DNA of 64,000 bases, taken from the NCBI RefSeq assembly GCF_000143415.4, contig NW_003314363.1, positions 372,001 through 436,000 of the forward strand. The letters run 5' to 3'. Origin of the DNA: Selaginella moellendorffii. Lineage: Eukaryota > Plantae > Lycopodiophyta. Position numbers and translations under genes: made by a program. Positions 24,695 through 36,765 of the stretch are shown here, piece after piece (position 1 is the first letter of the stretch; each line of letters opens with the position of its first letter). Under the pieces are notes generated by a model. It saw only the letters and a program-made list of their open reading frames with translations, was not told the origin of the DNA and made no database searches.

Positions 24695-25640
24695 GAGGAT
24701 ATTCTAAATGGGGGTCCTTCTCTACAAGTTTAGGGTATGAACATTTGTAAGCTTTAACTATAAAGCATATTTTGCCTTAAGCATTTATTAGAGCAAAAAA
24801 TGTAATATTTCCAGCTCAAACTAAAAACTCTTATTTTAAGGTAAATAAAATATCATTATTTTTAGCAAACAAGTAAGAAATTATCTATTTTTTTCTTAAT
24901 GAATGAATGACAATAGAAAATGTTAAAAATTAATAAAAATATATTTCATTAATTTTTATTTTTCTTTAGTCTAGTAATAATGTATTGGGATCACACATCA
25001 AGCACCATCTAACCTCAAGTTTTTTAATTAAATTATTTGAGAGTGGAGGAAAGGTGAAAAAATAAGAATTAATTAAAAATGGAGTAACTTTAGAACATCT
25101 ATAAATTAAACTATAATTAAATATTCATCATGTAAATATAGAAATTTATAATGTTGAGACTCTTTAAAAACATAAAGGACTTAATAAATATTATATGTAA
25201 AACAGAATTAAATAACTAATATGAAAGAATAATTCAATAAATAGGCTATTCAGATAATATTATAGGTTATAAAGTTAATTCATCATCTAATAGTTTAAAA
25301 AACTTTCACTTAAATATTTTAATTGCAAAAATTTAAAATTAAAAGACTCTGAACTTTGTATCTTGTAGTGGCTAGTCATACTAATTAAACTCTATAATAA
25401 GTTTCTTAACTCTATCAAAACATCTCTACTATAAAATTACTAACAAAATAAATATAAAGTATTTTATTAAAGAATGTAGTATTTGTAAAATAAGCCAAGT
25501 TAGAATAGTAAACTTTGTTAGTACTCTAATAAAATTTACATAGCCACATAATAGCATTATATTAATTCACTATGAGGTTAACAACTAAAAAATATTATGT
25601 ATGTATTATATGATAATTTACAAAATTAAATAGTGAAGTG

Positions 25641-25656
25641 TATATATATGTATATA

Positions 25657-25747
<91 letters not shown>

Positions 25748-25755
25748 GTATGTAT
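25641..25755. repeat. (TA)n/(TATG)n microsatellite
   Basis: Directly visible. Confidence 0.97.
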
Positions 25756-26071
25756 TATCATATGGCTATATTAGTTCATTTCATTATTATTTATGTAATT
25801 TATTTATAAAATTTTTAGCTATGAAAATTTTGTTGTGAAAGCTTTAAATTGAGAAAATTGAATAAAACTACTAAATCTCACAACATAAAGTATATTAATA
25901 GAAATTAAGGGCATATATATTTGATTAAAATTATGATAAATAAGTGTATAGTAAGCAATACCAAGTATAATAAAGAGAATTTTTGCTATAGTTATAAATA
26001 TAGAGCTTCCTAAAGTTTTTTAATCTAATTAGAAAAACTTAAGCACTTAAATAATATAAAATTCTCAAATC

Positions 26072-26120
26072 GAGAGAGAGAGAGAGAGAGAGAGAAAGAA
26101 AGAGAGAGAGAGCGAGAGAG
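26072..26120. repeat. (GA)n microsatellite
   Basis: Directly visible. Confidence 0.95.
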
Positions 26121-26243
26121 CACACTACATTTTCTTGATTGATCTCCTTTGAGTCAAGGTACATGCCTCATTTTGTTTGTTTCATTACTTTTTTCTTCTT
26201 TTCATTTCGAGGTTCTTTGTCATTTACAAAGTGTTGGCTCCAA

Positions 26244-27453
26244 ATGTCAGAAGACATCATTACATTGATGATTGTAAACTCTTTACTTCAAGAGCTTGTC
26301 CCTTTCGTATCTAGAAATGCTATATAGCATGGGTATGCTATTTGATGCCAATGGCTACGTGGTAATATGAGACACCGATCTACTTGTGAGCAACTACACC
26401 TACAGGCTCGGTAAGGCCCCATATTACGTCTGGTGCTCATGGCACTGTGTGTGGAGCAGAAAAGAAGCGAAAAGTCAGCAACTTTATCATCCTCCCAATG
26501 TAATGTGCAACACACGAAACCTCAAGAACATCCAAGCTCAGACTGAGAGTGGGACTTGTTGATCGAATAGAGAGCCAATACACCTTAACTGTCGATTCCT
26601 TCTAGGTGATCTAAGGATCCTATTCTATTTTTGACAGATTTATGGACATCATGCACAATATTACAACAAAGAGGACAACTTTCAGAATGTTGTCTACCAT
26701 TTGATTTGCTGAAGGACTACCTGCACGTTCCTATTTGCAACAAATTTTCCTTCGGCAACTGGGAATCTGACTTTGCAATGCCTGTAACTGTAAGTATAAC
26801 ATGCATTTTTCTTTGATCCTTTGCTCATCAAGTTTTACAGGCTCGATGTGCGACTGGTTTTGGGGAGCTAAAACTACTTCTTCTCACTGCGTATTGTCAA
26901 GGATCCAAGACTATTCCTTCTATTGGGAACACACCGGAGATACTGCTCGGTATGCGGATACATGCTATCCTGGACTATTGGTGGAGATTTCAGGCTGCAC
27001 CCGCCAAGCTGGACAAAGTCGTGTGTCAACCTTTGACGCACTACGTGAACTTACTTCCTATCCACAACCTTGATCCTGACATGGTGATTGGGGCCGCACT
27101 GGTCCTCCGGGCTCTGAAGATCTGCCTGCGTCTGCTCTACGACTACTATCGCAAGGTTCCACAGCCGACAGGACTTGTGAGGCAGCTTTTCTTACAACGC
27201 AGCATACCATACCCCCTTCATGCGGAGAAAGGCAGGCCGAAACAGACGGGTGACAAGCTGGTCTAGGGAGAAAGACGTGCTTATAGACTTCGACTGGGCG
27301 GGTATTCACCTCGAGACAAAATACCCATTTTTTATGAACCATGCAATTGTTACCTGGCCGGCTGGCGCAGCTGACAACCGTGTCATGACGTAGGAGCAGG
27401 ACTTGGCGTTGCTAGAAACGCCATTCGAGCAGCAAACTGGACTTTATGAATGA
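26244..27453 (+). pseudogene. Tandem paralog pseudogene of the CR-like REase+kinase gene
   Basis: GMLFDANGYVV..DL.VSNYTYRL|GT (same first donor as the intact copy), GNWESDFAM, GFGELK..AYCQG, YADTCYPGLLVEISGC, AKLDKVVCQPLTHYVNLLP, LIDFDWAGIH...EQQTGLYE*. Frameshifts, stops and deletion of most of the kinase core. Confidence 0.9.
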
Positions 27454-27691
27454 TAGCTCATCAAGTTTGAAGTTTGATATTAATAAACGATCAATCGATT
27501 CTGAAATGCTGTGCGGCGTTTGCATAGATCACAATCCTGGAAACGGGAAGGTGGCAAGAGGTAGAGAGTAGTACAGCTATGATCGTTTTTGTCAACGAGA
27601 AGCTCCATGTGCAGTTAAGGCGCTTCTACACCGTCCGATCCTCCCATATCCTAGGCCTAGGTACCCTGGAACCGGTGACGAGGAAGGGCAT

Positions 27692-29315
27692 ATGGAAGAG
27701 CTTGTGAGAGTGCGGGTCCTAGGCGCGGGCGAGAGCTTCACATTCAAGGGCGTGACCGCCGCGCAGCTTGACAGGTTCTTCGGGAAGGGTTTACTATTTG
27801 ACGAAGACGGGGATGTGGTGACCGAGCAAAGCGACCTCCCTTTCGGCAACTACACATATAAACTCGGTACGTCTCTCATATCATTTCTCGCTCGACCCAG
27901 AATTACACTTACTTTGTAGACTTCAAATTTGCCGATTCGTGCATTTCCAACAACGGGCCGAAGGATCTGGAGAACAGCAAGGTCCTGGCAAATCTGCAGG
28001 AGAGCAGCGAGCCCAAGTTTCTCAACTGCAGGCCATCCCATGCTACGCCTCCAATCCCTCTCCAACTCGTTCATCCAGTCTTTGGTCACTTCATCGACTT
28101 GACTCGCGACGAGCAAGCTCCTCGGCTGGAAGACATCGAGTTCGTGGTGGAGCTTGCGAACCTTTCCTCGCTTTACCACTCGGAGGACACCACGCTAAGA
28201 CGCGCTGTTCACAGGCTCTTCTCCAGGTACCTGGACATTCCCTGCCGGGAGACGCTCACAATTAGCGGCAACTGGGAAGCTCATCTTGCCATGATGGTGA
28301 GCGTCTTCTTCTAGTCTCTTGTTCACTCACGCTAGCCTTTCTATCTCTCCAGAGTCGCTCTAAGAACAAGAGCCTGACTGCTATAGGTGAAGTGAGGCTC
28401 AAGAACAATCTTGCTTCGTATGCCCATGGCTTTCACTGCTATGCACTGTTCTGGGACATGGTGGGAGCCAAGGAGCGCTACATAGACACTTGTTATCCAG
28501 CGTTTCTCATGGAGCTTGTTGGCTGCAATCTAAGAATTAGCGCCATGGCGAAGCTCGACAAGGTGGTGTGCCAGCCTCTCACGCACTTTGTCAACCTGTT
28601 GCCAATCCAGGGCTTGGATCCAGACATGGTAAGCGACGCTGTGCGTGTTTTGGTCGCCTTCAAGCGCTGCCTCGGGCTGCTAGACGACTACTATTGGAAC
28701 GCTCCGGCCGGGACGGGGGAGAGGCAGCTCTGGAACATGGACGTTCCATATCCGCTGCATGAAGCAGGGAAGGTGGTGAAGCAGTTTGGGAATAAGCTTG
28801 TCTATCTGGTGGAGCCTTTGGGCGTGGTGAAGCTGGCCAAGAGATACGGAGTGGAGGTCCATCGCGCGTGGGCTGCTGCTGGCTTTGCTCCGGCGCTCTA
28901 CGAGGTTAGAGCGCTGGCTGGTGGATGGATGGAGGTGAAAATGGAGTATCTGGGACGGGAGAACGGGTGGGAGATGCTGGCCGAGTGTGAAGACGCGGAC
29001 GAGATGAGGGATCAAGCTGTTGCCGCGCTGCGAAGCGCTCATGGCGTTCCAGTATCGTCTAATGGCGGGGTTGGAGTCCATGGAGATGCCAGGGACGTCA
29101 ATGTGATGGTCAGGCGCCGAGATGGAGGAGTGGAAGTGAGATTTATCGATTTCGACTGGGCGAGCATACACGGAGAGGGGCGGTATCCTCCCTTCATGAA
29201 CGTTGTGGAAGTCCAGTGGCCTCGAGGGGCCGAGTGTGGGCTTGTTATGGAGCAGAGCCATGATGTGGAGTTCCTTTCGACGCCATTAGAGCAGCAGACT
29301 GGTTTGTTTAGGTGA
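27692..29315 (+). CDS. Crinkler/CR-effector-like protein: short N-terminal header + REase-like domain + atypical protein-kinase-like domain, 504 aa, 3 exons
   Basis: Exons 27692-27866, 27920-28296 and 28353-29315 splice in frame through 53- and 56-bp GT-AG introns. Kinase motifs VVK, HGDARDVN, FIDFDW. Upstream LNCRP...PLQLVHPVFGHF and CYPAFLMELVG...VCQPLT resemble fungal REase+kinase proteins. Gene model is well supported; family label is from recall. Confidence 0.8.
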
Positions 29316-31506
29316 AAGTACTTGAATTTAAGACGCATTAGTTGGCAAACCGCAGTGTGAAACTATTCACGAGAGTCAACGGAGAAAGCAAAATGGAAAG
29401 AACTCCATTTCACTATAATTATTGTTGTTTTATAATTGGTTTAACTTGAATATGCTTGGATATTAGATATCACATTTAAATTAATCTTAAACATATCTAT
29501 AATTCATAAACATTCTTAAACACCAAGTCAATTTGGATGAATGTTATTTAATTTAATTTTGGTGTTTTACCCACTAACAAATGGCACATAGCTCAGCCTC
29601 ATAGTTGGTTTCTCAATGTGTTGGCTAGTCTAAGTTCTCTTTGCCTCTTCTTTGATACAATGTCCCATTGGTGTGTGCACAGCTTTGGGCTTGCATACTC
29701 TGTTGGAGGTTGAAGGCCTTGGCATTCTGGTTGAGCAAAGGGCATGAAAAAGATGAAATCACATGGAGTACTTGCTCTTTTACCATTTAGTACAGACTCT
29801 TTGGAATTTGTTATTTGCTTCATCCAAACACTTTTGTTTGACCGTAAATCGTGCATTTTCTGAAAAGTTACCTACTAAGGACATCCTTAAGCGTATTTTT
29901 CTTTCTTAATTCAATTAGATCAATTTCTTGCTCCAAATCTTTACAGCCTCGTCCAGAACAGCATGAAATGGCTATTTATTCTTAGTGATGTTGCTTAATA
30001 CCCTGGGTTTTAATTGATGGAGATTGTTCTTGTCAAAGACAACTAAGCTTAGAGGTAAGGTACTTTTTTTTTATCCTTCTTCTCTTTCTACATTTTCCTT
30101 TGATCCATGTGCCGTTTAAAGGTTTGAAGAAATGTGGTGAGAGTTGCTAATCTTTTTCAAATGTTTTCTAGCTTGGTTAGATATTTACATTAACATATTC
30201 TAAAATTGAGACTGACAACTTTTTTTGCTGCTCCAAATAAATGGTGTCAAAGATTCTTGACAATGGTGTGAGATGGCTAGAAGGCACTTTGTTCATGGCA
30301 CTGTTGTTTACACTAAAGAATAAAAGAATATAACTAAACTCCCAAGTGTATACTCAAGGAACAAAAGAACAAAAGCATAGAGTTACAGTATAATAATTTT
30401 AGAGCTTCTAACATCCCAATATGTAAAATGAGTCAAATGGAATTTAATGTTATTTTAGCATATTACTTCCTTAAGGTGAGGATGTGAATACTTCATTAGT
30501 TGGGTTTAAACCCAAATTAGATGTAAAATAAAGACAAACACAACAAATGATGTTTTAAGTTAGTTACCTATGCTTGAACTGCCCCCTATTATACATTTAA
30601 AACCCTCTATAACCTCCCAAAATCCTACCATGAATCCTATTGTAAGTTGGATAACATTATGTATTATATTAATGTATTGTTTTGTCTTTACTTGCATAAA
30701 GTTAGAATAACAGATTTGCATGGAAAAAATCATGTAATATGCACAATAGTAAAGCTCAAAGAAAAGATTCTAAAAAATAATATGATTGTTGAGACTAAGA
30801 ATTGATTTCATTGTCCAAATGGATTTTGCAAATCCATTTTTCACATTTCCTCACATTTCCATATTTATTTACACAGAAAAATTTGATTTTTATATTCATT
30901 TAAATAGAAAAAAATTATAAAACAAAGCATTGATCTAATAATCTTACACCTCAACATTTTTTAAAAATATAGAGGAGTTTTAATTTTCTTTTGAAACTAA
31001 GGAGAAGTAATTATTGAATTTGTATTATGAAATCTATGGTAATAAATATGCACTATCCACAAATATAGTTTCTGTTACTTGATAAACATTCTTTTTAGAA
31101 TCCATAATGAATATTTCAGTGTTGCCATATGGTGTCTCAAGATCCGTTAAATCTCTGTGGGGTTATTTAGAGTTTAGTTTTAGCTGTGGTTTTATGGAGT
31201 TATGTGACTTGGTTTTGCTACTGAATCACAGGGGAATTTTGTAAAATTTTATTGTGCAGAAGGTACATTATCAATATAAATGTACAGAGGTTGTGTGATT
31301 TGGGGTAAGATTTTGAAGATGCACACATATACATATATCATTTAAAAGCTTTGATTGTGTTATCTTTTGTGCTTTATTTAATTTTTTAAAACACAATTAA
31401 AATCCTAATTTACCAAAAACAATTTATATGCAAGAAAACAACACAATATTAAAATGTTGTTTGTTGTTGTTATTAACTATCTAAATACTCAATGTTTATC
31501 TGAATA

Positions 31507-31680
31507 TGTGAGGGCCAAGTGTACGGTTACGATGCCGTATACTAATATTAGTGTAGTGGATTTTGGTAGCCGTCGGATTGGTTTCAATCCGGACCATTCG
31601 CTCTTGTATATAAGCTAAGGTTTTTGGGCTAATTGATATGCACATTTCTGTATTCCCTTTCCATATTCCATGCACTCACA
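31507..31680 (+). repeat. 5' LTR (174 bp)
   Basis: Six substitutions, all transitions, versus 36330-36503. Confidence 0.96.
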
Positions 31681-31681
31681 T

Positions 31682-31697
31682 TGGTGGAGATGAGGGG
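31682..31697 (+). promoter_or_regulatory. Primer-binding site, tRNA-Ala type
   Basis: TGGTGGAGATGAGGGG one base after the LTR, near-complementary to the 3' end of plant tRNA-Ala (...CCCCGCAUCUCCACCA). Confidence 0.75.
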
Positions 31698-31914
31698 CAC
31701 TTTTGATTGTCCCTGGGGAGTGCTTGGATTTGGGATTTCGGTTTAGATCTAGCTTTTGCATCGTCTAGATCTAGCTTTTTCCATTTCCTTTCTTTTGTTC
31801 TTTCCTTTCAGGATTTTGGTTTCGATCTAGCTTTTTGCATTGTATAGATCTACCATTTCTTTCCAGCTTTTTTGTCATTTCTCTTCTTTTGCTCTTTCTT
31901 TTTCGTTCATCTTC

Positions 31915-32844
31915 ATGGCCGATCCGCAATCTCCTCCTTTGACTCTAGAGCAGTTGGTTCAATTGCTTGATGCTATGCGCTTGCAATTGAACAACCAAAC
32001 TCAGTTGATGGCGGCGTTCACGGCACGTGGTACAACTCCTCCTGCTCTTGGTGCCAATCCTCGCGTTCGGCCGGAGTTCTTTCGCGGGAATCCTGGGGAT
32101 GATGTGTACCATTGGTTCGATCACTTTACGGTGATTGCCACATATCATTCTTGGGATGATGCTTGACGGTTGCGTGAGTTTCCCACGTGTCTCCAAGGGA
32201 CGGCATTGCAGTGGTACAATGGTTTGAGCGCAGCTACTCGTGGGGATTGGAGTGTTCTCCCGGACGTCTTCAAACGCGCCTTCGGACATGCCGATGATTG
32301 TGATGATGCTTTCCAACAATTGCATCGTCTTCGCCAAGGGCCATCGGAGTTGGTGATGCAATTTGGCGTTCGTTTCCGAAGTCTTTTGCTTCGTGCGGAG
32401 CCAAATATGTCGGAGCGGATCAAGCTAGGAATGTTGTGGCCAGCACTTCATCAAGATCTTGTCGGACTTGTGCATGCACTTGCTCCTGCCACCCTTGACG
32501 ATGCTCTTCGCTTGGCACAACGTTATGAGACGTCGCCTCTTCCACTTCTCGCTGCACGTCCTTCCGCTCCACTTCCTATGGGTGATGGTCCTGTTCCAAT
32601 GGAGGTTGATGCTGCTGCTGCTCGAGTCCAAGGACAAGCGCGAGGACGTGGTCGTGGCCGTGATGTTCGCTGCTGGGCGTGTGATGAAGTTGGTCATACT
32701 TATCGGTGTTGCCGTCGTTTTCCGGATTGGCGACCTCCATTTCCTGGGTGGAGACCTTGGCGTCAGCAACGTCCCCTGGGTGCTGCTGCAGTGGAAGGTC
32801 TGGACACCGAGATGCATTAGGGAAACGAGGAGTCGCGCGAGTAA
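31915..32844 (+). pseudogene. gag: gag of second gypsy element (premature TGA 32164-66, TAG 32818-20)
   Basis: PEFFRGNPGDDVYHWFDHF...LQGTALQWY; GPVPMEVD; knuckle CWACDEVGHTYRCC. Confidence 0.9.
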
Positions 32845-32881
32845 CGGAGGGACCTTGCGCGAATAAATCAGTGACCCCTCC
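32820..32881 (+). promoter_or_regulatory. -1 ribosomal frameshift signal (G GGA AAC + H-type pseudoknot)
   Basis: Heptamer 32820-26, 6-nt spacer, stem 1 32833-41/32854-62, stem 2 GGAGGG 32846-51 with CCCTCC 32876-81. pol is in the -1 frame. Confidence 0.85.
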
Positions 32882-35800
32882 ATCTTTCTTTCAGGAGTAT
32901 CATCAAGGGGTTCACTCGGCACCAGTTCATCCAGTGTTTACTTTCCAAGCTCGTTTTTATAACAAGAAGTCTCCTATTATTCTCTCTGTGTTGGTTGATA
33001 TAGGTTCGAGTTTATCTTCTATTGCTCGACCTGTTGCCACATGTTGTCGTCTACACTTGCGTCGTGCGGCAGAACCAGTTTTCATTCTTTATGGCAACGG
33101 CCATACACATGCATGTGCACGGGATGAGGTGGACCTGGTTGTGCGTGTGGGCGATCTCGAGCTTGAGTTGCAGTCGTTTCAGGTGGTGCCAAGTCAAGCT
33201 TTTGACCTCATTCTTAGTATGGATTGGTTGCAGCGCAATCATGCCAAGTGTGACTTTGAGGCTTCTCCCCTTTGTCTCATACTTCCTTATGTTTCATTTA
33301 TTCCTCTCACTTCCATACCTCTTCGTCCCTCTACTTCTACCTCTGCTTCCATTACTTTTGTTTCCCCACTCTTTCCTTCTATGTTTCCATCTTGTTCTAC
33401 TTTTCCCTTTTCCGATCCTTCCGACGATCTTTGTGTTGCAGCAGTTGACCGGCTCATGAAAGAGTATTCTGATCTCTTTGAATTTGACCTATCGTCTGGG
33501 GCCAAGATTGCCACACGTCATCCAACTCCCACCGAGGATGCTCGTCCAATCAAGGTTCCTGTTCGTCGTCGATCACCTAAGGAGATCAAAATTTTACGAG
33601 CAAACGTCAAGGAAATGCTGGAAAAGGGTGTCGCGGAGTCCTTGGGCATATGAACCTCATCTTGTGACGAAGCCTGATGGGAGTATTCGTTTCTGCATCG
33701 ACTATCGTCCGTTAAACAAAGTGACGATCCCAGATGTGTATCCTCTTCCTCACACTGCTGATCTCTTGGATTGTCTGGGGCGAAGTCGTTGGTTCACCAA
33801 GCTAGATCTTGCTTCTGGGTATTGGCAAGTACCAATGGCCGAAGAAGATATATCTAAGACTGCTTTTCGTACACCATTTGGTTTGTACGAGTTCTTGGTG
33901 ATGCCGTTTGGTTTGAACAATGCTCCAGCAACTTTCCAGCAGATGATGGATGAGGTTCTTTGCGATATGCCGGAGGTGACTACTGACTTCATTGATGATG
34001 TCTTGATCCACTCGGAGGGGACGTGGGAGGAGCACGTTCGTGATGTTTGTAAAGTGTTGGATCGGCTACGCGACGTTGGTTTAAAGCTGAAGCGGTCGAA
34101 GTGCGTGTTTGGGTCCAAGGACACAACTTATCTTGGGTACCGTATTTCTCGTGAAGGTTTGCAAGTTGATCCTGACAAACTTGTGGCTGTTCTAAAGTTC
34201 CCTACTCCGAAGTGTGTGAATGATGTGCAGTGCTTTTTGGGTAAGGTGCAGTATCTTGGTCGTTTTGTGGATCATCTTTCCGATCACACTACACCATTGC
34301 GAGCGTTGCTGAAGTCATCAACATCATCTTTCATCTGGTCTCCGGATTGTGAGTGGGCGTTCGTGGATCTCAAAGAGCTATTGACAACTCCTCCGGTTTT
34401 GGCATATCCTGACTACACTCGACCTTTTATTTTGCGCGTGGATGCTTCTGACATTGGTCTTGGAGGTGTGCTGATGCAAGAGAGCTCGAGTGTGCCTGGT
34501 CAGCGCCATCCCATTGCATACATAAGCCGTACATTACAACCAGCGGAGATGAACTACTCCACGACGGAGAAGGAGTGTTTAGCAGCAGTCTGGGGTTTCG
34601 AGAAACTTCATGCATATCTACATGGTTCTCGGACGTTACTTGAAGGTGACCATGCTGTTGTTACTTCATTATTGAAGCGGAAGAACCTGGTTAGTCGTAC
34701 GGCTCGATGAGCTTTGAAGCTTCAGATATATGATTTCGATGTTGTTCATCGCCCAGGGAGTTCTATGGCTAATGCTGATGCCCTTTCTCGAGCTCCTATT
34801 CCTTCTTCACTCACTTCTCATCATTCTGACGAACCTGTTGTTCCAGCATCTGTGGATTTTCTAGATGAGAATTCTGTGCCGTCGGCGGTTGCTGTCCTTG
34901 ACATTCAGTGTCCACAGGGTGCAGAGCAAGATCTGCCTTCTCTTGAGGAGGTTCGCAAGGCTCAGAAGATTGAGCCGTGGATTCGAAGGCTTCGAGATGG
35001 GTTTGAGAATCCTGCATCACTTGCTGATGACTTGCCTTTCCGGCATTTATATTCTCAATATCGCCTTGAAGATGGCCTTCTTTATTTTATGGGGACGGAT
35101 CCTGATGATCATTTACGATTGGTGGTACCTTCGGTGTTTATTCCGCGGTTTCTCCATGCCTACCATGATTCTCCTGTTCTAGGTGGGCATATGGGACACC
35201 GTCGTGTCACCGAGAAGCTGCGCAGGTCTTTCTATTGGCCGGAGATGCGACGTGATATTATCCGGTATGTGCGTAGCTGCGTTTGGTGCCAAGCTCGTAA
35301 TACTCTCCCTTGTGCTGCGGAAGGACGGTTGGAGTCAATTGCAGTTTCCCGTCCGTTTGAGTTGGTGGCGTTTGATTTTATGGGACCTTTTCCACGATCG
35401 ACTGCTAGCAATGAGTATGTTATTATTGCTTCTGACTATTTGACTCGTTGGGTAGAAGTTGGTGCTCTTGCTAGTGCCTTTGCAACTGCTGTTGGATACT
35501 TCCTCCTCAATCGAGTGGTGTTCCAACATTCTTGTCCAGAGCGGATTCTTTCGGATAATGGTCCTGCATTTATGGCTGAGGTATTTTATGTTTTGACATC
35601 TCGGTTGGGGATACGCCACACTTTTACGAGTGCTTATCATCCACAATCAAACGGTCTGGTGGAACGGCTCGTTCGGACATTCAAAGGGATGATTTCGAAG
35701 TATGTGAACTTTCAGCATTCGGATTGGGATGGTTATTTGCCGTCTCTTCGGTATGCCTATGTCACAGGGGTGCAGAGTTCTGTTGGTGCTTCACCATATA

Positions 35801-36297
35801 AACTTCTATATGGTCATGATCCAATATTACCAACAGAGTTGGGTTTACCTTCGCGATTGCCACGAGCTCCTGATGCTAGATCATGGGATTAGTATTTGAC
35901 AAGCATTCTTCCACTTGTCCGAGTAGAGTCTGCCGAACACTTAGGCCGCGTACAAGTGGGACAACAACGGCGCTACAACTCCCATCATCGTCCACCTGCG
36001 GAGTACAAAGTGGATGATTTGGTGTTAGTCCGTTTTCCCTATCTTACGGTACGTGGTTTATCTAAGGGGCTCCTTGCGCAGTGGAAAGGACCGTATCGGG
36101 TGTTGCGGCAAGTTGGACTGCAAGTTTATAAGGTTCGGCATGATGTTCAGCAGGCCGATCCTCCGGAGATTGTGCATGTGCAGTGGTTAAAACGCTTCAT
36201 ACAAAGGGATCAGGAGCAGTTAATACCGTCTACAGATCCGCCAATGCCTCCTCCTGACGTTCCTCCAGATCCCGGCCCATCTACAAGAGAACCTTGA
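32820..36297 (+). pseudogene. pol: pol (PR-RT-RH-IN) with a frameshift near 33640 and stops at 34708-10 and 35890-92
   Basis: LVDIGSS protease, RFCIDYRPLN/FIDDVLI RT, VDASDIGLGG RNase H, HHCC and D,D(35)E integrase, GPY motif; no chromodomain. Confidence 0.94.
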
Positions 36298-36329
36298 CAG
36301 CCTTCCATTATTCCGAGAGGAGGGGATGA

Positions 36330-36503
36330 TGTGAGGGCCAAGTGTACGGTTACGATGCCGTATACTAATATTAGCGTAGTGGATTTTGGTAGCCGTCGGA
36401 TTGGTTTCAATCCGGACCACTCGCTCCTGTATATAAGCTAGGGTTTTTGGGCTAATTAATATGCACATTTCTGTATTCCCTTTCTATATTCCATGCACTC
36501 ACA
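36330..36503 (+). repeat. 3' LTR (174 bp)
   Basis: Direct repeat of 31507-31680. Confidence 0.96.
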
Positions 36504-36765
36504 AATATATTTTATGTACTAGTCTGAAAATAACATAGTTAAACGAGCTAATTTAAAAGGTAAAATCCTTGTTCTGCAATGTGAATATTTCTTGTTAATA
36601 TAACATATATATATTTTGTTATGCCACACATCAAACATTACACGTTTCAAAAATAAATAAAGACAGGTTTTATACTTTGAAAATAAAGTAGCAGAATATT
36701 CTTTGTGCTTATTTTAAGATTTTGTTTAAACCAGGGCTACCTATCCTAGGGGTTTTTATTCGTCG

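Larger units (their letters stand above)
31507..36503 (+). mobile_element. Full-length Ty3/gypsy LTR retrotransposon without chromodomain, defective
   Basis: 174-bp LTRs TGTGAG...CTCACA; 4-bp TSD AATA (31503-06, 36504-07); PBS; PPT GAGAGGAGGGGA 36315-36326; gag-PR-RT-RH-IN order. Confidence 0.97.

Noticed and set aside
25638-25838. 66-aa YIYIYI ORF
   Set aside because: Translation of a (TA)n microsatellite.
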